This document shows, one piece after another, positions 10,432 through 22,815 of a DNA stretch of 64,000 bases (position 1 is its first letter; each line of letters opens with the position of its first letter). The stretch lies in the NCBI RefSeq assembly GCF_030013205.1, contig NZ_CP122648.1. One strand, given 5' to 3'. This DNA is from Escherichia coli (lineage in GTDB: Bacteria > Pseudomonadota > Gammaproteobacteria > Enterobacterales > Enterobacteriaceae). A program made the position numbers and the translations under genes. The notes under the pieces were generated by a model. It searched no databases. It saw only the letters and a list, made by a program, of their open reading frames with translations, and had not been told where the DNA came from.

Positions 10432-11562
10432 TTAGCGAGTCAGGTCGTCAAAAAACTTCTTCACACCATCAAAGAAGCTCTTTGAACGCGGGCTGTTGTG
10501 CTCACCGGTTGGGCCACCGAAGCTTTCCTGCAGCTCTTGCAGCAGCTGTTTCTGCTTCTCGTTCAGACCTACCGGTGTTTCGACGACAACGCGGCACAGC
10601 AAGTCACCTTGCGCACCGCCGCGAACAGACTTGACGCCTTTACCGCGCATACGGAACAGCTTACCGGTCTGGGTTTCGCCAGGCACTTTCAGTTTGACGC
10701 GACCATCAAGGGTCGGTACTTCGATTTCGCCACCCAGCGCTGCCATAGCGAAGTTGATCGGGACTTCGCAATACAGGTTGTTACCTTCACGCTCGAAAAT
10801 CGGGTGCTGTTTAACCTGAACCTGAACGTACAGATCGCCTGCCGGTGCGCCATGCTCGCCCGCTTCACCTTCGCCCGCAAGACGGATGCGGTCTCCAGTG
10901 TCCACTCCTGCCGGGATTTTAACGGACAGCGTTTTGCTGCGCTCAACACGACCATGACCATGACATTTGTTGCACGGATCTTTGATCAGCGTACCGCGGC
11001 CCTGACAGTGTGGACAGGTCTGCTGTACAGCGAAGAAGCCCTGGCGCATCTGCACCTGACCAGAACCATGACAGGTCGGACAGGTCTGCGGCTGTGTACC
11101 TGGTTTTGCACCGCTACCGTGGCAAACGTCACACTCTTCCAGAGTCGGAATGCGGATCTCTTTGGTCACGCCACGTACAGCTTCTTCGAGGGTGAGCTCC
11201 ATGTTATAGCGTAAATCAGCACCGCGCGCCGCACGTTGACGACCACGCCCGCCGCCAAAAATATCGCCGAAAACGTCACCAAAAATATCGCTGAAGTCTG
11301 CGCCGCCGCCAAAACCGCCGCCGCCCATGCCGCCTTGCTCAAACGCAGCATGACCATACTGATCGTATGCCGCACGTTTTTGCGAGTCGGTCAGAACTTC
11401 ATAAGCTTCCTTGATCTCTTTAAATTTCGCCTCGGCCTCTTTGTCACCCTGGTTACGGTCCGGGTGGTATTTCATGGCCAGGCGTTTGTAGGCCTTTTTG
11501 ATTTCACGCTCTTCCGCTGTTTTGGAAACGCCTAAAATCTCGTAATAATCTTGCTTAGCCAT
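10432..11562 (-). CDS. dnaJ: chaperone DnaJ (Hsp40)
   Basis: [40 protein letters not shown]..., Gly-rich linker, four CxxCxGxG zinc-finger repeats. Confidence 0.97.
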
Positions 11563-11650
11563 CTTTTTTAAATTGCCCCTAGATGAATGCACGGGCGGAG
11601 AGGAAATTCCCCTTCGCCCGTGTCAGTATAATTACCCGTTTATAGGGCGA

Positions 11651-13567
11651 TTATTTTTTGTCTTTGACTTCTTCAAATTCAGCGTCGACAACATCGTCAT
11701 CTTTCGCGTTGTTTGCAGAAGCATCAGCACCGGCAGTCTGCTGCTGGGCATGTTGCTGCTGGGCGATTTCCATCAGTTTCTGGGAAACCTGTGCCAGTTC
11801 CTGCATTTTCGCTTCGATAGCGGCTTTGTCTTCACCTTTCAGAGCAGTTTCCAGTGCAGTCAGCGCAGACTCGATAGCAGTTTTGTCGTCAGCCGGCAGT
11901 TTGTCGCCTGCTTCTTCAACCTGCTTACGGGTGCTGTGCAGCAGATGGTCGCCCTGGTTGCGAGTCTGTACCAGCTCTTCAAACTTACGGTCAGCTTCGG
12001 CGTTAGCTTCTGCGTCGCGTACCATTTTCTGGATTTCATCTTCGTTCAGACCAGAAGAAGCCTTGATGGTGATCTTCTGCTCTTTACCGCTGTTTTTATC
12101 TTTCGCGGAAACGTGCAGGATACCGTCAGCATCGATATCGAAGGTAACTTCGATCTGCGGCATGCCGCGCGGTGCCGGGTTGATACCATCCAGGTTGAAC
12201 TGACCCAGAGATTTGTTATCAGCCGCACGTTTACGTTCACCCTGCAGCACGTGGATGGTTACCGCAGACTGGTTGTCTTCAGCGGTAGAGAACACCTGGC
12301 TGTGCTTGGTCGGGATAGTGGTGTTTTTCGCGATCAGCGTCGTCATCACACCGCCCATGGTTTCGATACCCAGAGACAGCGGGGTAACGTCCAGCAGCAG
12401 TACGTCTTTTACGTCACCAGTCAGAACACCACCCTGAACAGCAGCACCGATTGCTACAGCTTCGTCCGGGTTAACGTCTTTACGCGGCTCTTTACCAAAG
12501 AACTCAGCAACTTTCTTCTGAACCATTGGCATACGAGTCTGACCACCAACGAGGATAACGTCGTCGATATCAGATACGGACAGGCCAGCGTCCTGCAGTG
12601 CAACTTTCAGCGGCTCAATGGAACGGTTTACCAGATCTTCAACCAGGCTTTCCAGTTTCGCACGAGTCACTTTGATGTTCATGTGTTTCGGACCGGTCGC
12701 GTCTGCAGTGATGTACGGCAGGTTAACGTCGGTCTGCTGAGCGGAAGACAGCTCGATTTTCGCTTTTTCTGCCGCTTCTTTCAGGCGCTGCATTGCCAGC
12801 GGATCGTTGCGCAGGTCAATGCCCTGATCTTTCTTGAATTCTTCAACCAGGTAGTTGATCAGACGGCTGTCGAAGTCTTCACCACCCAGGTGGGTATCAC
12901 CGTTGGTTGCCAGAACTTCGAAGGTTTTTTCGCCGTCAACTTCGTCGATTTCGATAATAGAAATATCGAAAGTACCACCACCCAGGTCATAAACCGCGAT
13001 AGTACGGTTGCCAGTACCTTTGTCCAGACCGTAAGCCAGCGCAGCTGCGGTCGGTTCGTTGATGATACGTTTTACTTCCAGACCAGCGATACGGCCTGCG
13101 TCTTTGGTTGCCTGACGCTGAGCATCGTTAAAGTATGCCGGTACGGTGATAACAGCTTCAGTTACCGGTTCACCCAGGTAATCTTCAGCGGTTTTCTTCA
13201 TTTTTTTCAGCACTTCAGCAGAAATCTGCGGCGGTGCCATTTTCTGGCCTTTAACTTCGACCCATGCGTCGCCGTTATCAGCAGCAATAATTTTGAACGG
13301 CATGATGGAAACATCACGCTGTACTTCTTCGTCCTGGAAGCGGCGGCCAATCAGGCGTTTAATCGCAAACAGGGTGTTTTGCGGGTTCGTCACTGCCTGA
13401 CGTTTAGCCGGCTGACCAACCAGAGTTTCACCATCCTGGGTATAGGCAATGATAGAAGGCGTGGTGCGATCGCCTTCGGCGTTCTCCAGTACACGAGGAG
13501 TGGTGCCATCCATAATCGCTACACAAGAGTTGGTAGTACCCAGGTCGATACCAATTATTTTACCCAT
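11651..13567 (-). CDS. dnaK: chaperone DnaK (Hsp70)
   Basis: 638 aa [43 protein letters not shown]... Confidence 0.98.
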
Positions 13568-13615
13568 CTAAACGTCTCCACTATATATTCGGTCATCATG
13601 TGGTTGTGAGTCTGT

Positions 13616-13641
13616 AATAGGGGCGAAACGTCTGGTTTCAA
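13616..13641 (-). promoter_or_regulatory. sigma32 heat-shock promoter dnaK P2 (candidate)
   Basis: minus-strand TTGAAA ... CCCCTATT spaced appropriately upstream of dnaK. Confidence 0.55.
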
Positions 13642-13688
13642 CTGCCCAATTTCATTTTTTTGCAGACTCACTCACTGCGGTTGACTAC

Positions 13689-13717
13689 TAAATGGGGTCG
13701 TAACCCACGTCATCAAG
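13689..13717 (-). promoter_or_regulatory. sigma32 heat-shock promoter dnaK P1
   Basis: minus-strand CTTGATG-N13-CCCCATTTA matches sigma32 consensus (CTTGAAA / CCCCATnT). Confidence 0.7.
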
Positions 13718-13942
13718 GGGGAGATGCAAAAATTTTTTGTGCTTTTGCGCAGAAATTTCGCGATATGCCAGAACAAGACACGAAACTGACAGCAATTTTA
13801 TTCATATAAAGAATGAATGACAGCCAAGACATTCATAGAAAAATTGTAATAAAAAGAAAATATTACGTACCTGAATCTTCTCTTTATCAGCAGTAAACTA
13901 GTGGGTATTCATCCCCTACCTCTCCCCACTAAGAGAATCCTT

Positions 13943-14347
13943 ATGAAATCCGTTTTTACGCTTTCCGCCAGCCTGGCGATTAGCCTGCTGCTGTGCTGCA
14001 CGGCGCAGGCAAACAACCATAAAATCCTCGGCGTCATTGCGATGCCGCGTAACGAAACCAACGATCTGGCGCTGAAACTTCCTGTTTGTCGCATTGTTAA
14101 ACGTATTCAACTCACTGCCGACCATGGCGATTTACAGTTAAGCGGTGCATCGGTTTATTTCAAAGCCGCCCGTAGCGCCAGTCAGAGCCTGAATATTCCT
14201 TCAGAAATAAAAGAAGGGCAAACCACTGACTGGATCAACATTAACAGCGATAACGACAATAAACGCTGCGTCTCAAAAATCACCTTTTCCGGCCATACGG
14301 TGAACTCATCGGATATGGCCACGCTGAAAATTATCGGCGACGACTAA
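13943..14347 (+). CDS. yaaI: YaaI (DUF2541) secreted protein
   Basis: 134 aa from the ATG at 13943, signal peptide [23 protein letters not shown]. Confidence 0.85.
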   Translation: MKSVFTLSASLAISLLLCCTAQANNHKILGVIAMPRNETNDLALKLPVCRIVKRIQLTADHGDLQLSGASVYFKAARSASQSLNIPSEIKEGQTTDWININSDNDNKRCVSKITFSGHTVNSSDMATLKIIGDD

Positions 14348-14372
14348 CGCCAGAATATAGAAGCCACAAAAA

Positions 14373-15086
14373 ATGAATGTTAATTACCTGAATGATTCAG
14401 ATTTGGATTTTCTCCAGCATTGTAGTGAGGAACAATTGGCAAATTTCGCCCGGCTGCTCACTCATAATGAAAAAGGCAAAACTCGCCTCTCCAGCGTACT
14501 GATGCGCAACGAACTGTTTAAATCGATGGAAGGACATCCCGAGCAACACCGCCGAAACTGGCAGCTGATTGCCGGAGAATTACAACATTTTGGTGGCGAT
14601 AGTATCGCCAACAAATTGCGCGGACACGGTAAATTGTATCGGGCCATTTTGCTCGATGTTTCAAAACGATTGAAGCTGAAAGCCGACAAAGAGATGTCTA
14701 CGTTTGAAATTGAGCAACAGTTACTGGAACAATTTCTGCGTAATACCTGGAAGAAAATGGACGAGGAACATAAGCAGGAGTTTCTGCACGCGGTCGATGC
14801 CAGGGTGAATGAGCTGGAAGAGCTGCTGCCGCTGCTGATGAAAGACAAATTATTGGCAAAAGGCGTGTCGCATTTGCTTTCCAGCCAATTGACCCGCATT
14901 TTGCGCACCCACGCAGCAATGAGCGTACTTGGGCATGGTTTGCTGCGCGGCGCGGGGCTGGGAGGCCCTGTAGGCGCGGCACTAAATGGGGTTAAAGCGG
15001 TCAGCGGCAGCGCCTATCGAGTGACGATTCCAGCCGTACTGCAAATCGCCTGCCTGCGCCGGATGGTTAGTGCCACTCAGGTCTGA
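14373..15086 (+). CDS. yaaW: UPF0174 protein YaaW
   Basis: 237 aa MNVNYLNDSDLDFLQHCSEEQLANFARLL... Confidence 0.9.
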   Translation: MNVNYLNDSDLDFLQHCSEEQLANFARLLTHNEKGKTRLSSVLMRNELFKSMEGHPEQHRRNWQLIAGELQHFGGDSIANKLRGHGKLYRAILLDVSKRLKLKADKEMSTFEIEQQLLEQFLRNTWKKMDEEHKQEFLHAVDARVNELEELLPLLMKDKLLAKGVSHLLSSQLTRILRTHAAMSVLGHGLLRGAGLGGPVGAALNGVKAVSGSAYRVTIPAVLQIACLRRMVSATQV

Positions 15087-15234
15087 TACCGGAAACCGGG
15101 GAAAATTTTCATTTTCCCTTCAAAAGATCGTAGACACTGCCCCACTGGCTGATTATTATGCCGCGCCCTGAAAACACTACAGTTATTCAGGGAAATTATT
15201 TCACCATTCATTCGATGATGATTTTTGAGGAATT

Positions 15235-15801
15235 ATGGGCAACACTAAGTTGGCTAATCCGGCACCGCTGGGCCTGATGGGCTTCGGCATGACCACCATT
15301 CTGCTTAACCTGCACAACGTGGGTTATTTCGCTCTGGACGGTATTATTCTTGCCATGGGCATTTTCTACGGCGGCATCGCGCAAATTTTTGCTGGTCTGC
15401 TGGAGTACAAAAAAGGCAACACTTTCGGTTTAACCGCATTCACCTCTTACGGTTCTTTCTGGCTGACGCTGGTTGCGATTCTGCTGATGCCGAAACTGGG
15501 TCTGACCGATGCGCCAAATGCACAGTTCCTTGGTGTCTACCTGGGTCTGTGGGGCGTATTTACGCTGTTTATGTTCTTCGGCACGCTGAAAGGCGCACGC
15601 GTTCTGCAATTCGTTTTCTTTAGCCTGACCGTGCTGTTTGCCCTGCTGGCGATCGGTAACATTGTCGGTAATGCCGCGATCATCCACTTTGCCGGCTGGA
15701 TTGGTCTGATCTGCGGTGCCAGCGCAATCTATCTGGCGATGGGTGAAGTACTGAACGAGCAGTTTGGTCGCACCGTTCTGCCGATTGGTGAATCCCACTA
15801 A
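15235..15801 (+). CDS. satP: succinate-acetate/proton symporter SatP (YaaH)
   Basis: 188-aa membrane protein MGNTKLANPAPLGLMGFGMTTILLNLHNVGYF... Confidence 0.93.
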   Translation: MGNTKLANPAPLGLMGFGMTTILLNLHNVGYFALDGIILAMGIFYGGIAQIFAGLLEYKKGNTFGLTAFTSYGSFWLTLVAILLMPKLGLTDAPNAQFLGVYLGLWGVFTLFMFFGTLKGARVLQFVFFSLTVLFALLAIGNIVGNAAIIHFAGWIGLICGASAIYLAMGEVLNEQFGRTVLPIGESH

Positions 15802-15811
15802 TTGTTTTGAG

Positions 15812-15838
15812 ATCCCCCCGCTCGGGGGGATTTTTTTA
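15812..15838. terminator. bidirectional terminator between satP and mog
   Basis: hairpin atccccccg-ctc-ggggggat followed by T-run; convergent gene ends on both sides. Confidence 0.7.
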
Positions 15839-16423
15839 TTCGCTAACGTCGCGTCTTGCACTCTTCGGTCTGAATGCTGCAACCACTTCCGGTGCCGTTT
15901 CAATGTATGGCCCTTCCAGCAACTGAATGCAGTACGGTACGCTGGCAAAAATACCATGCACCACAACGTTACCCTCAGTGTCCTTTACACCTTCCAGCGT
16001 CTCTTTAATCGACTTCGGCTGACCGGGTAAGTTAAGGATCAGCGCCTGTTTACGAATCACGCCCACCTGACGCGAAAGGATCGCAGTTGGTACAAAATGC
16101 AGGCTGATCTGGCGCATCTGTTCACCAAAGCCTGGCATCTCGCGGTCCGCTACTGCCAGCGTCGCATCGGGCGTTACGTCACGACGCGCCGGGCCAGTTC
16201 CGCCCGTGGTGAGCACCAGATGGCAACTCATTTCATCCACCAGCTCACACAACGTTTGCTCGATGATCGCCTGCTCGTCGGGGATTAAGCGGGTTTCCAG
16301 TTCAAACGGCGTGGTTAGCGCCGATGTCAGCCATTCTTCCAACGCAGGGATGCCTTTATCCTGATAAACGCCGCTGGATGCGCGATCAGAGATGGAAACT
16401 AAGCCAATACGTAAAGTATTCAT
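15836..16423 (-). CDS. mog: molybdopterin adenylyltransferase Mog
   Basis: MNTLRIGLVSISDRASSGVYQDKGIPALEEWL... GGTG motif. Confidence 0.93.
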   Translation of the reverse strand: MNTLRIGLVSISDRASSGVYQDKGIPALEEWLTSALTTPFELETRLIPDEQAIIEQTLCELVDEMSCHLVLTTGGTGPARRDVTPDATLAVADREMPGFGEQMRQISLHFVPTAILSRQVGVIRKQALILNLPGQPKSIKETLEGVKDTEGNVVVHGIFASVPYCIQLLEGPYIETAPEVVAAFRPKSARRDVSE

Positions 16424-16537
16424 CAAGATTTTTCCGTTTAAACAGTCTCGTTAAACAGAATGATACACTGCGAAGGGAGTGACAGACAGGCTTCAGAAGA
16501 GGTAGCGTGACCGACTTCCCGGTCACGCTAAGAATGA

Positions 16538-17491
16538 TTACAGCAGATCGCCGATCATTTTTTCCAGTTTTTCCTGGTCAACAGCAAACTTACGGATACC
16601 TTCCGCCAGTTTATCTACTGCCATTGGATCCTGGTTATGCTGCCACAGGAACTCGGACTCAGTGATACGCGCCGGACGCGCTTTCACTTCGCCGGTGTAA
16701 GACAGTTTACGTTCGATAGCCCCTTCGCTCTCAGCCAGCTCTTTCAGCAGCGCCGGTGCGATGGTCAGACGGTCGCAGCCTGCCAGTTCCAGAATTTCGC
16801 CGATGTTACGGAAGCTTGCGCCCATCACCACGGTTTCATAACCGTGCTCTTTGTAGTACTGGTAGATTTCAGATACAGAAACCACGCCCGGATCTTCTGC
16901 CGGAGCGTACTCTTTCTTGTCGGTATTCGCTTTGTACCAGTCAAGAATACGGCCAACAAACGGCGAGATCAGGAACACGCCCGCTTCCGCACAAGCACGA
17001 GCCTGAGCGAAGGAGAACAGCAGGGTCAGGTTACAGTTAATACCTTCTTTTTCCAGCTGTTCTGCAGCACGGATACCCTGCCAGGTAGAAGCCAGTTTGA
17101 TCAGAATACGATCGTTGCTAATCCCTGCATCGTTGTAGAGTTTGATCAGGCGTTTTGCTTTCGCAATTGACGCTTCGGTGTCATAGGAAAGACGCGCATC
17201 AACTTCAGTTGAGATACGGCCCGGAACCAGTTTCAGGATTTCCAGACCAATATTTACTGCCAGTTTGTCGGTCGCGTCCACGATCTGCTGCGCGCGATCG
17301 TTGCTCTGCTGTTTCGCCCAGGCGACAGCATCATCAATCAACTTACGATATTCCGGAATCTGCGCTGCGTTAAGAATGAGAGAAGGGTTGGTTGTGGCAT
17401 CCTGCGGTTGATACAGCTTCATTGCCGCGATGTCCCCAGTGTCGGCCACTACGGTGGTGTACTGACGAAGGGAGGTCAATTTGTCCGTCAT
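16538..17491 (-). CDS. talB: transaldolase B
   Basis: [40 protein letters not shown]...; internal ATG used, 317 aa. Confidence 0.96.
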
Positions 17492-17769
17492 GATAGTATT
17501 TCTCTTTAAACAGCTTGTTAGGGGGATGTAACCGGTCTGCCCTGATGATATCACGACGCAACGTCAGCGCAACCGCCGACAAGACGGTTATCGCCAGGCG
17601 AGACTGTTTCGGATTTCTGACACTGCGTTGATATCGCCCGCCATTTTTATACAAAACCTCATGTATGCTACGCAGAAGTTATCAAGTACCTCGTAGCGTA
17701 TATACTTCTTAAACAATTGGTAACGTTTACACAGGAAAGTCATCGCGACCGGCAATAAGAGGGATATGC

Positions 17770-19200
17770 ATGCCAGATTTTTTCTCCTTTATTAACAGCG
17801 TCCTTTGGGGATCGGTAATGATTTACCTGCTCTTCGGCGCAGGTTGTTGGTTCACTTTTCGCACCGGATTTGTGCAGTTTCGCTACATCCGCCAGTTTGG
17901 CAAAAGTCTTAAAAATAGCATTCATCCACAGCCAGGCGGTTTAACCTCATTTCAGTCATTGTGTACCAGTCTTGCGGCGCGCGTGGGTAGCGGCAACCTG
18001 GCTGGCGTTGCGCTGGCTATTACCGCCGGTGGACCAGGTGCCGTCTTCTGGATGTGGGTTGCCGCGTTTATCGGCATGGCGACCTCGTTTGCCGAATGTT
18101 CCCTTGCACAACTTTATAAAGAACGTGACGTTAATGGGCAGTTTCGTGGCGGACCGGCATGGTATATGGCGCGCGGGCTGGGGATGCGCTGGATGGGCGT
18201 TCTGTTCGCCCTCTTTTTGCTCATCGCCTACGGCATAATTTTCAGCGGAGTTCAGGCGAACGCCGTTGCCCGCGCCCTGAGTTTTTCTTTTGATTTTCCT
18301 CCGCTGGTGACAGGCATTATTCTTGCTGTCTTTGCTCTGCTGGCAATCACTCGCGGTCTTCATGGCGTCGCCCGGCTCATGCAAGGGTTTGTCCCGTTGA
18401 TGGCGATAATCTGGGTACTGACCAGCCTGGTAATTTGCGTAATGAATATCGGGCAACTTCCCCACGTTATTTGGTCTATTTTTGAGAGTGCTTTTGGCTG
18501 GCAGGAAGCGGCAGGCGGCGCGGCGGGATATACCTTAAGCCAGGCGATTACTAACGGTTTTCAGCGCAGTATGTTTTCCAATGAGGCGGGAATGGGGTCG
18601 ACGCCAAACGCGGCAGCGGCGGCTGCGTCCTGGCCTCCGCATCCCGCAGCGCAAGGAATTGTCCAGATGATTGGCATTTTTATCGACACCCTGGCCATCT
18701 GTACGGCAAGCGCCATGCTGATATTACTGGCGGGTAACGGCACAACCTACATGCCGCTGGAAGGTATTCAGCTTATCCAGAAGGCGATGCGGGTGTTAAT
18801 GGGTTCCTGGGGTGCGGAGTTTGTTACCCTCGTGGTTATTCTGTTTGCCTTCAGCTCCATCGTTGCCAACTACATTTATGCCGAAAACAATCTCTTCTTC
18901 TTACGCCTGAACAACCCTAAAGCGATCTGGTGTCTGCGAATCTGCACCTTCGCAACGGTCATCGGCGGCACCTTGCTAAGTCTTCCGCTGATGTGGCAAC
19001 TGGCAGATATCATTATGGCCTGCATGGCTATTACCAATTTGACCGCCATATTACTGCTCTCGCCTGTGGTTCATACCATTGCCAGTGATTATCTACGCCA
19101 GCGTAAACTCGGCGTGCGCCCGGTGTTTGATCCGTTGCGTTATCCGGATATCGGTCGCCAGCTTTCTCCGGACGCGTGGGATGATGTTTCGCAGGAGTAA
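17770..19200 (+). CDS. yaaJ: alanine/glycine:cation symporter (AGCS family) YaaJ
   Basis: 476-aa polytopic membrane protein in conserved position. Confidence 0.9.
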   Translation: MPDFFSFINSVLWGSVMIYLLFGAGCWFTFRTGFVQFRYIRQFGKSLKNSIHPQPGGLTSFQSLCTSLAARVGSGNLAGVALAITAGGPGAVFWMWVAAFIGMATSFAECSLAQLYKERDVNGQFRGGPAWYMARGLGMRWMGVLFALFLLIAYGIIFSGVQANAVARALSFSFDFPPLVTGIILAVFALLAITRGLHGVARLMQGFVPLMAIIWVLTSLVICVMNIGQLPHVIWSIFESAFGWQEAAGGAAGYTLSQAITNGFQRSMFSNEAGMGSTPNAAAAAASWPPHPAAQGIVQMIGIFIDTLAICTASAMLILLAGNGTTYMPLEGIQLIQKAMRVLMGSWGAEFVTLVVILFAFSSIVANYIYAENNLFFLRLNNPKAIWCLRICTFATVIGGTLLSLPLMWQLADIIMACMAITNLTAILLLSPVVHTIASDYLRQRKLGVRPVFDPLRYPDIGRQLSPDAWDDVSQE

Positions 19201-19268
19201 TCACAACTATCGATCAACTCATTCTCTTTTTTGCTAAAGTCGGCAAAAATTTCCTGCAAGGACTGGAT

Positions 19269-20045
19269 ATGCTGATTCTTATTTCACCTGCGAAAACGCT
19301 CGATTACCAAAGCCCGTTGCCCACCACGCGCTATACGCTGCCGGAGCTGTTAGACAATTCACAGCAGTTGATCCATGAAGCGCGGAAACTGACGCCTCCG
19401 CAGATTAGCACGCTGATGCGCATCAGCGACAAACTGGCGGGTATCAACGCCGCTCGCTTTCATGACTGGCAGCCAGATTTCACGCCGGAGAATGCCCGCC
19501 AGGCGATTCTGGCGTTTAAAGGTGATGTCTACACCGGCTTGCAGGCCGAAACCTTCAGCGAAGACGATTTCGATTTTGCCCAACAGCATTTGCGAATGCT
19601 TTCCGGCTTGTATGGCGTACTGCGCCCGCTCGATTTAATGCAGCCTTATCGTCTGGAAATGGGGATCCGTCTTGAGAATGCCCGAGGGAAAGATCTGTAT
19701 CAATTCTGGGGAGATATCATCACCAACAAGCTGAACGAGGCGCTCGCAGCACAAGGCGATAATGTGGTGATTAATCTGGCGTCAGATGAGTATTTTAAAT
19801 CGGTGAAGCCGAAGAAATTGAATGCCGAGATTATCAAGCCGGTGTTCCTCGATGAGAAGAACGGCAAATTTAAGATCATCAGCTTCTACGCTAAGAAAGC
19901 ACGCGGTCTGATGAGTCGTTTCATTATTGAAAATCGGCTGACCAAACCAGAGCAACTGACTGGTTTTAATAGCGAAGGTTACTTCTTTGATGAAGCTTCC
20001 TCCAGCAATGGTGAACTGGTGTTTAAACGCTACGAGCAGCGTTAA
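19269..20045 (+). CDS. yaaA: peroxide stress protein YaaA (DUF328)
   Basis: 258 aa [35 protein letters not shown]... Confidence 0.92.
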   Translation: MLILISPAKTLDYQSPLPTTRYTLPELLDNSQQLIHEARKLTPPQISTLMRISDKLAGINAARFHDWQPDFTPENARQAILAFKGDVYTGLQAETFSEDDFDFAQQHLRMLSGLYGVLRPLDLMQPYRLEMGIRLENARGKDLYQFWGDIITNKLNEALAAQGDNVVINLASDEYFKSVKPKKLNAEIIKPVFLDEKNGKFKIISFYAKKARGLMSRFIIENRLTKPEQLTGFNSEGYFFDEASSSNGELVFKRYEQR

Positions 20046-20084
20046 GTTTGTAGTCAATGCCGGATGGCAATCCGGCATTGATAT

Positions 20085-20381
20085 TTAGCGATGATGTTTG
20101 TCAGGCCCCGGACGATGATCGCCACGATGATCATTGTGCTTGTTATGGCGCGGCGATGGCGGCGGTCCATATGGGTGCCAGCGATTGCCTCGCCATTCAT
20201 AATGTTGTTTCCACCAGCCGTGGTCGCGCCAGTGACCGCCATCCCAGTAATAGCCACGATTATCACGATCGCCTATCTGTAATTTTACTGACGGGACTAA
20301 CGTAATTTCCGCAGCCTGCGCTGCCATGGGAGCGACCAGAACCAGGGAAAGTGCGAGTACGATAGATTGCATCTTTTTCAC
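20085..20381 (-). CDS. yaaX: DUF2502 periplasmic protein YaaX
   Basis: 98 aa with signal peptide and His/Trp/Arg-rich C-terminus. Confidence 0.85.
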   Translation of the reverse strand: MKKMQSIVLALSLVLVAPMAAQAAEITLVPSVKLQIGDRDNRGYYWDGGHWRDHGWWKQHYEWRGNRWHPYGPPPSPRHNKHNDHRGDHRPGPDKHHR

Positions 20382-20538
20382 AGGTTACTCCTTTTATCAT
20401 TGCCCGTTATGGGTCGATATCCGGAGATTACGCGATGAGAACGGCGGTTGTTATTCTCCGCAATCCTAATCTCTAAGTTACCGCATTTATTGAGAATTTC
20501 TCCTTTTTCCCTGTCGTTTCTCTCCATATTTTCTTCAC

Positions 20539-20571
20539 AAAAAAGCCGGGCTGCATAAAAGCAAACCCGGC
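20539..20571 (-). terminator. thr operon terminator
   Basis: hairpin gccggg...cccggc with T-run on minus strand just after thrC stop. Confidence 0.7.
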
Positions 20572-20594
20572 CTGATTGAGATAATGAATAGATA

Positions 20595-21881
20595 TTACTG
20601 ATGATTCATCATCAATTTACGCAACGCAGCAAAATCGGCGGGCAGATTATGCGAAAGCAAGGGTAAATCAGCACGTTCTGCCAGCTCTTTTGGCAGATCC
20701 AACGTTTCACCGAGAATCGCTTCCACGCTCTCTTTAAATTTCGCCGGATGCGCGGTGCCGAGGAACAAGCCATATTCGCCTGGATTCAACTGGTCACGCA
20801 GCGCACGATAAGCTACGGCAGCGTGCGGCTCCGAGGTATAGCCCAGTTCTTTTAACTCACGCATTGTCTGTTGCGTGGTTTCATCATCCACGGCTGCATA
20901 ACCCAGCTCTTTCAGTTGCCAGATTTTGCGGCGGAACAACTCTTCCACACGCGGCCAGTTGTTCGGCTGACTCACGTCCATCGCGTTGGATAACGTCGCC
21001 TGAGTCGCTTTGGGGGACCACTGACCGTCGTGCAGGAAACGTGGCACGGTATCGTTCACGTTGGTCGCAGCAATAAAACGTTTCACCGGCAGACCGAGTG
21101 ACTTCGCCAGCAGACCCGCCGTCAAATCGCCGAAGTTTCCGCTTGGCACCGAGACAACCAGCTGGTTGCGCGCTTCCTGCGGCAGCTGCGCAACAGCTTC
21201 AAAGTAGTAGCAAATCTGCGCCAGCAAACGGCTGATGTTAATCGAGTTAGCCGAGTTTAACCCCAGCGCCACTTTCAGCTCTTCATCATCAAACGCCTGC
21301 TTCACCAGCGCCTGACAGGCATCGAAATCGCCGTCGATGGCAACAGTTTCAATATTGCCGCCCAATGTACAGAACAGTTTTTCTTGCAGTGGACTGATTT
21401 TGCCTCGTGGATAGAGGATAACCACTTTCACATTCGGCAAACCGTAGAAAGCATGAGCCACTGCCGCTCCGGTATCACCGGAGGTCGCGGTCAGAATGGT
21501 CACTGGCTTATCGCCCGCAATATGGGTCAGCATTTGTGCCATAAAGCGACCGCCGAAATCTTTAAATGCAAGCGTTGGCCCGTGAAACAACTCCAGACAA
21601 CCGACATCGCTTTCAACATTGGCGACCGGAGCCGGGAAGGCAAACGCCGCGCGTACGCGCTCTTCCAGGATTTCCTGCGGGATTTCATCACCAATAAACG
21701 CCGAGAGGATCTTCGCACTGCGGGTGACAAAATCCAGCTTCAGCATCTCATCAATTTCAGTCAGGCTGAATTCCGGCAGGTCGTGCGGGAAAAACAGCCC
21801 CTGATTTTTGCCCAACCCCTGGGTTACGGCTTGCGCAAAGCTGACCTGCTCATTGTGATCTTTAAGATTGTAGAGTTTCAT
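20595..21881 (-). CDS. thrC: threonine synthase
   Basis: 428 aa MKLYNLKDHNEQVSFAQAVTQGLGKNQGLFFP... Confidence 0.97.
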   Translation of the reverse strand: MKLYNLKDHNEQVSFAQAVTQGLGKNQGLFFPHDLPEFSLTEIDEMLKLDFVTRSAKILSAFIGDEIPQEILEERVRAAFAFPAPVANVESDVGCLELFHGPTLAFKDFGGRFMAQMLTHIAGDKPVTILTATSGDTGAAVAHAFYGLPNVKVVILYPRGKISPLQEKLFCTLGGNIETVAIDGDFDACQALVKQAFDDEELKVALGLNSANSINISRLLAQICYYFEAVAQLPQEARNQLVVSVPSGNFGDLTAGLLAKSLGLPVKRFIAATNVNDTVPRFLHDGQWSPKATQATLSNAMDVSQPNNWPRVEELFRRKIWQLKELGYAAVDDETTQQTMRELKELGYTSEPHAAVAYRALRDQLNPGEYGLFLGTAHPAKFKESVEAILGETLDLPKELAERADLPLLSHNLPADFAALRKLMMNHQ

Positions 21882-22814
21882 TTAGTTTTCCAGTACTCGT
21901 GCGCCCGCCGTATCCAGCCGGCAAATATGAACAAAACCTTCCTGATTTTGCAGGTAGTTCTTACCCAACCAGTCGGCAACGCGCTGGGCGGTATCCGGCT
22001 TGTCACACAGAGCGAACAAAGTCGGGCCGGAGCCGGAGATACCGCTCGCTACCGCGCCGATTTCCGCGACCGCCTGCCGCGCCTGCCGGAAGCCTGGCAG
22101 TAACCGTTCACGGTAGGGTTCAGCGATAACATCTTTCATCAGCTTCGCGGCAAGCTCAGGCTGACGGGAATAGCAGGCGTGAATAAAGCCTGCCAGATGT
22201 CGCCCGTGCGCAATGCAATCCTGGCGGCGATACTGCGCCGGTAAAATAGCCCTGGCTTCTGCCGTCGAGACTTTAATCCCCGGATACGCCAGCACCCACA
22301 GCCACTCATCAAACCCTGGCACTTGCTGGCTGATGATGTCGTTTTCTTCGATCATCAACTGCATACCACCAAGAAAACACGGTGCCACGTTGTCGTAATG
22401 AATGCTGCCGGAGATACGACCTTCCAGCTCGCCCATCAAAGCCAGCAAACGGGTGTCATTAAGCGGCTTGCCGCAGTGTTCATTCATCGCCATCAGCGCC
22501 GCGACCACTGAGCAGGCGCTGGAGCCTAAGCCCGAGCCGATCGGCATATTCTTTTCCAGGGTCATCGCCACTGGAATTTGCTTACCCAGCTCCTGGCAAA
22601 AACGCTCCCAACACTGATAAACGATATTTTCCCGAGGTTCTGACGGCAGCTTATCGGCAAAGCGTCCGAGGTTATTGAGACTGAATGTCTCTGCCGCCTC
22701 AACCGTGACTACATCTCCGAGCAATGCACCATCAACGGGTGTCACCGCCGCCCCGAGCACATCAAACCCGACGCTCATATTGGCACTGGAAGCCGGGGCA
22801 TAAACTTTAACCAT
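21882..22814 (-). CDS. thrB: homoserine kinase
   Basis: 310 aa [29 protein letters not shown]... Confidence 0.97.
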
Positions 22815-22815
22815 G

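Noticed and set aside
10498-11214. 238-aa plus-strand ORF (and other frames) antisense to dnaJ
   Set aside because: Shadow ORF within the GC-rich dnaJ coding region; no start context or domain signal.
11573-13609. 678-aa plus-strand ORF covering almost all of dnaK on the opposite strand
   Set aside because: Stop-free shadow frame antisense to a highly expressed, codon-biased gene; peptide is low-complexity (Ser/Phe/Val-rich) with no recognisable domain.
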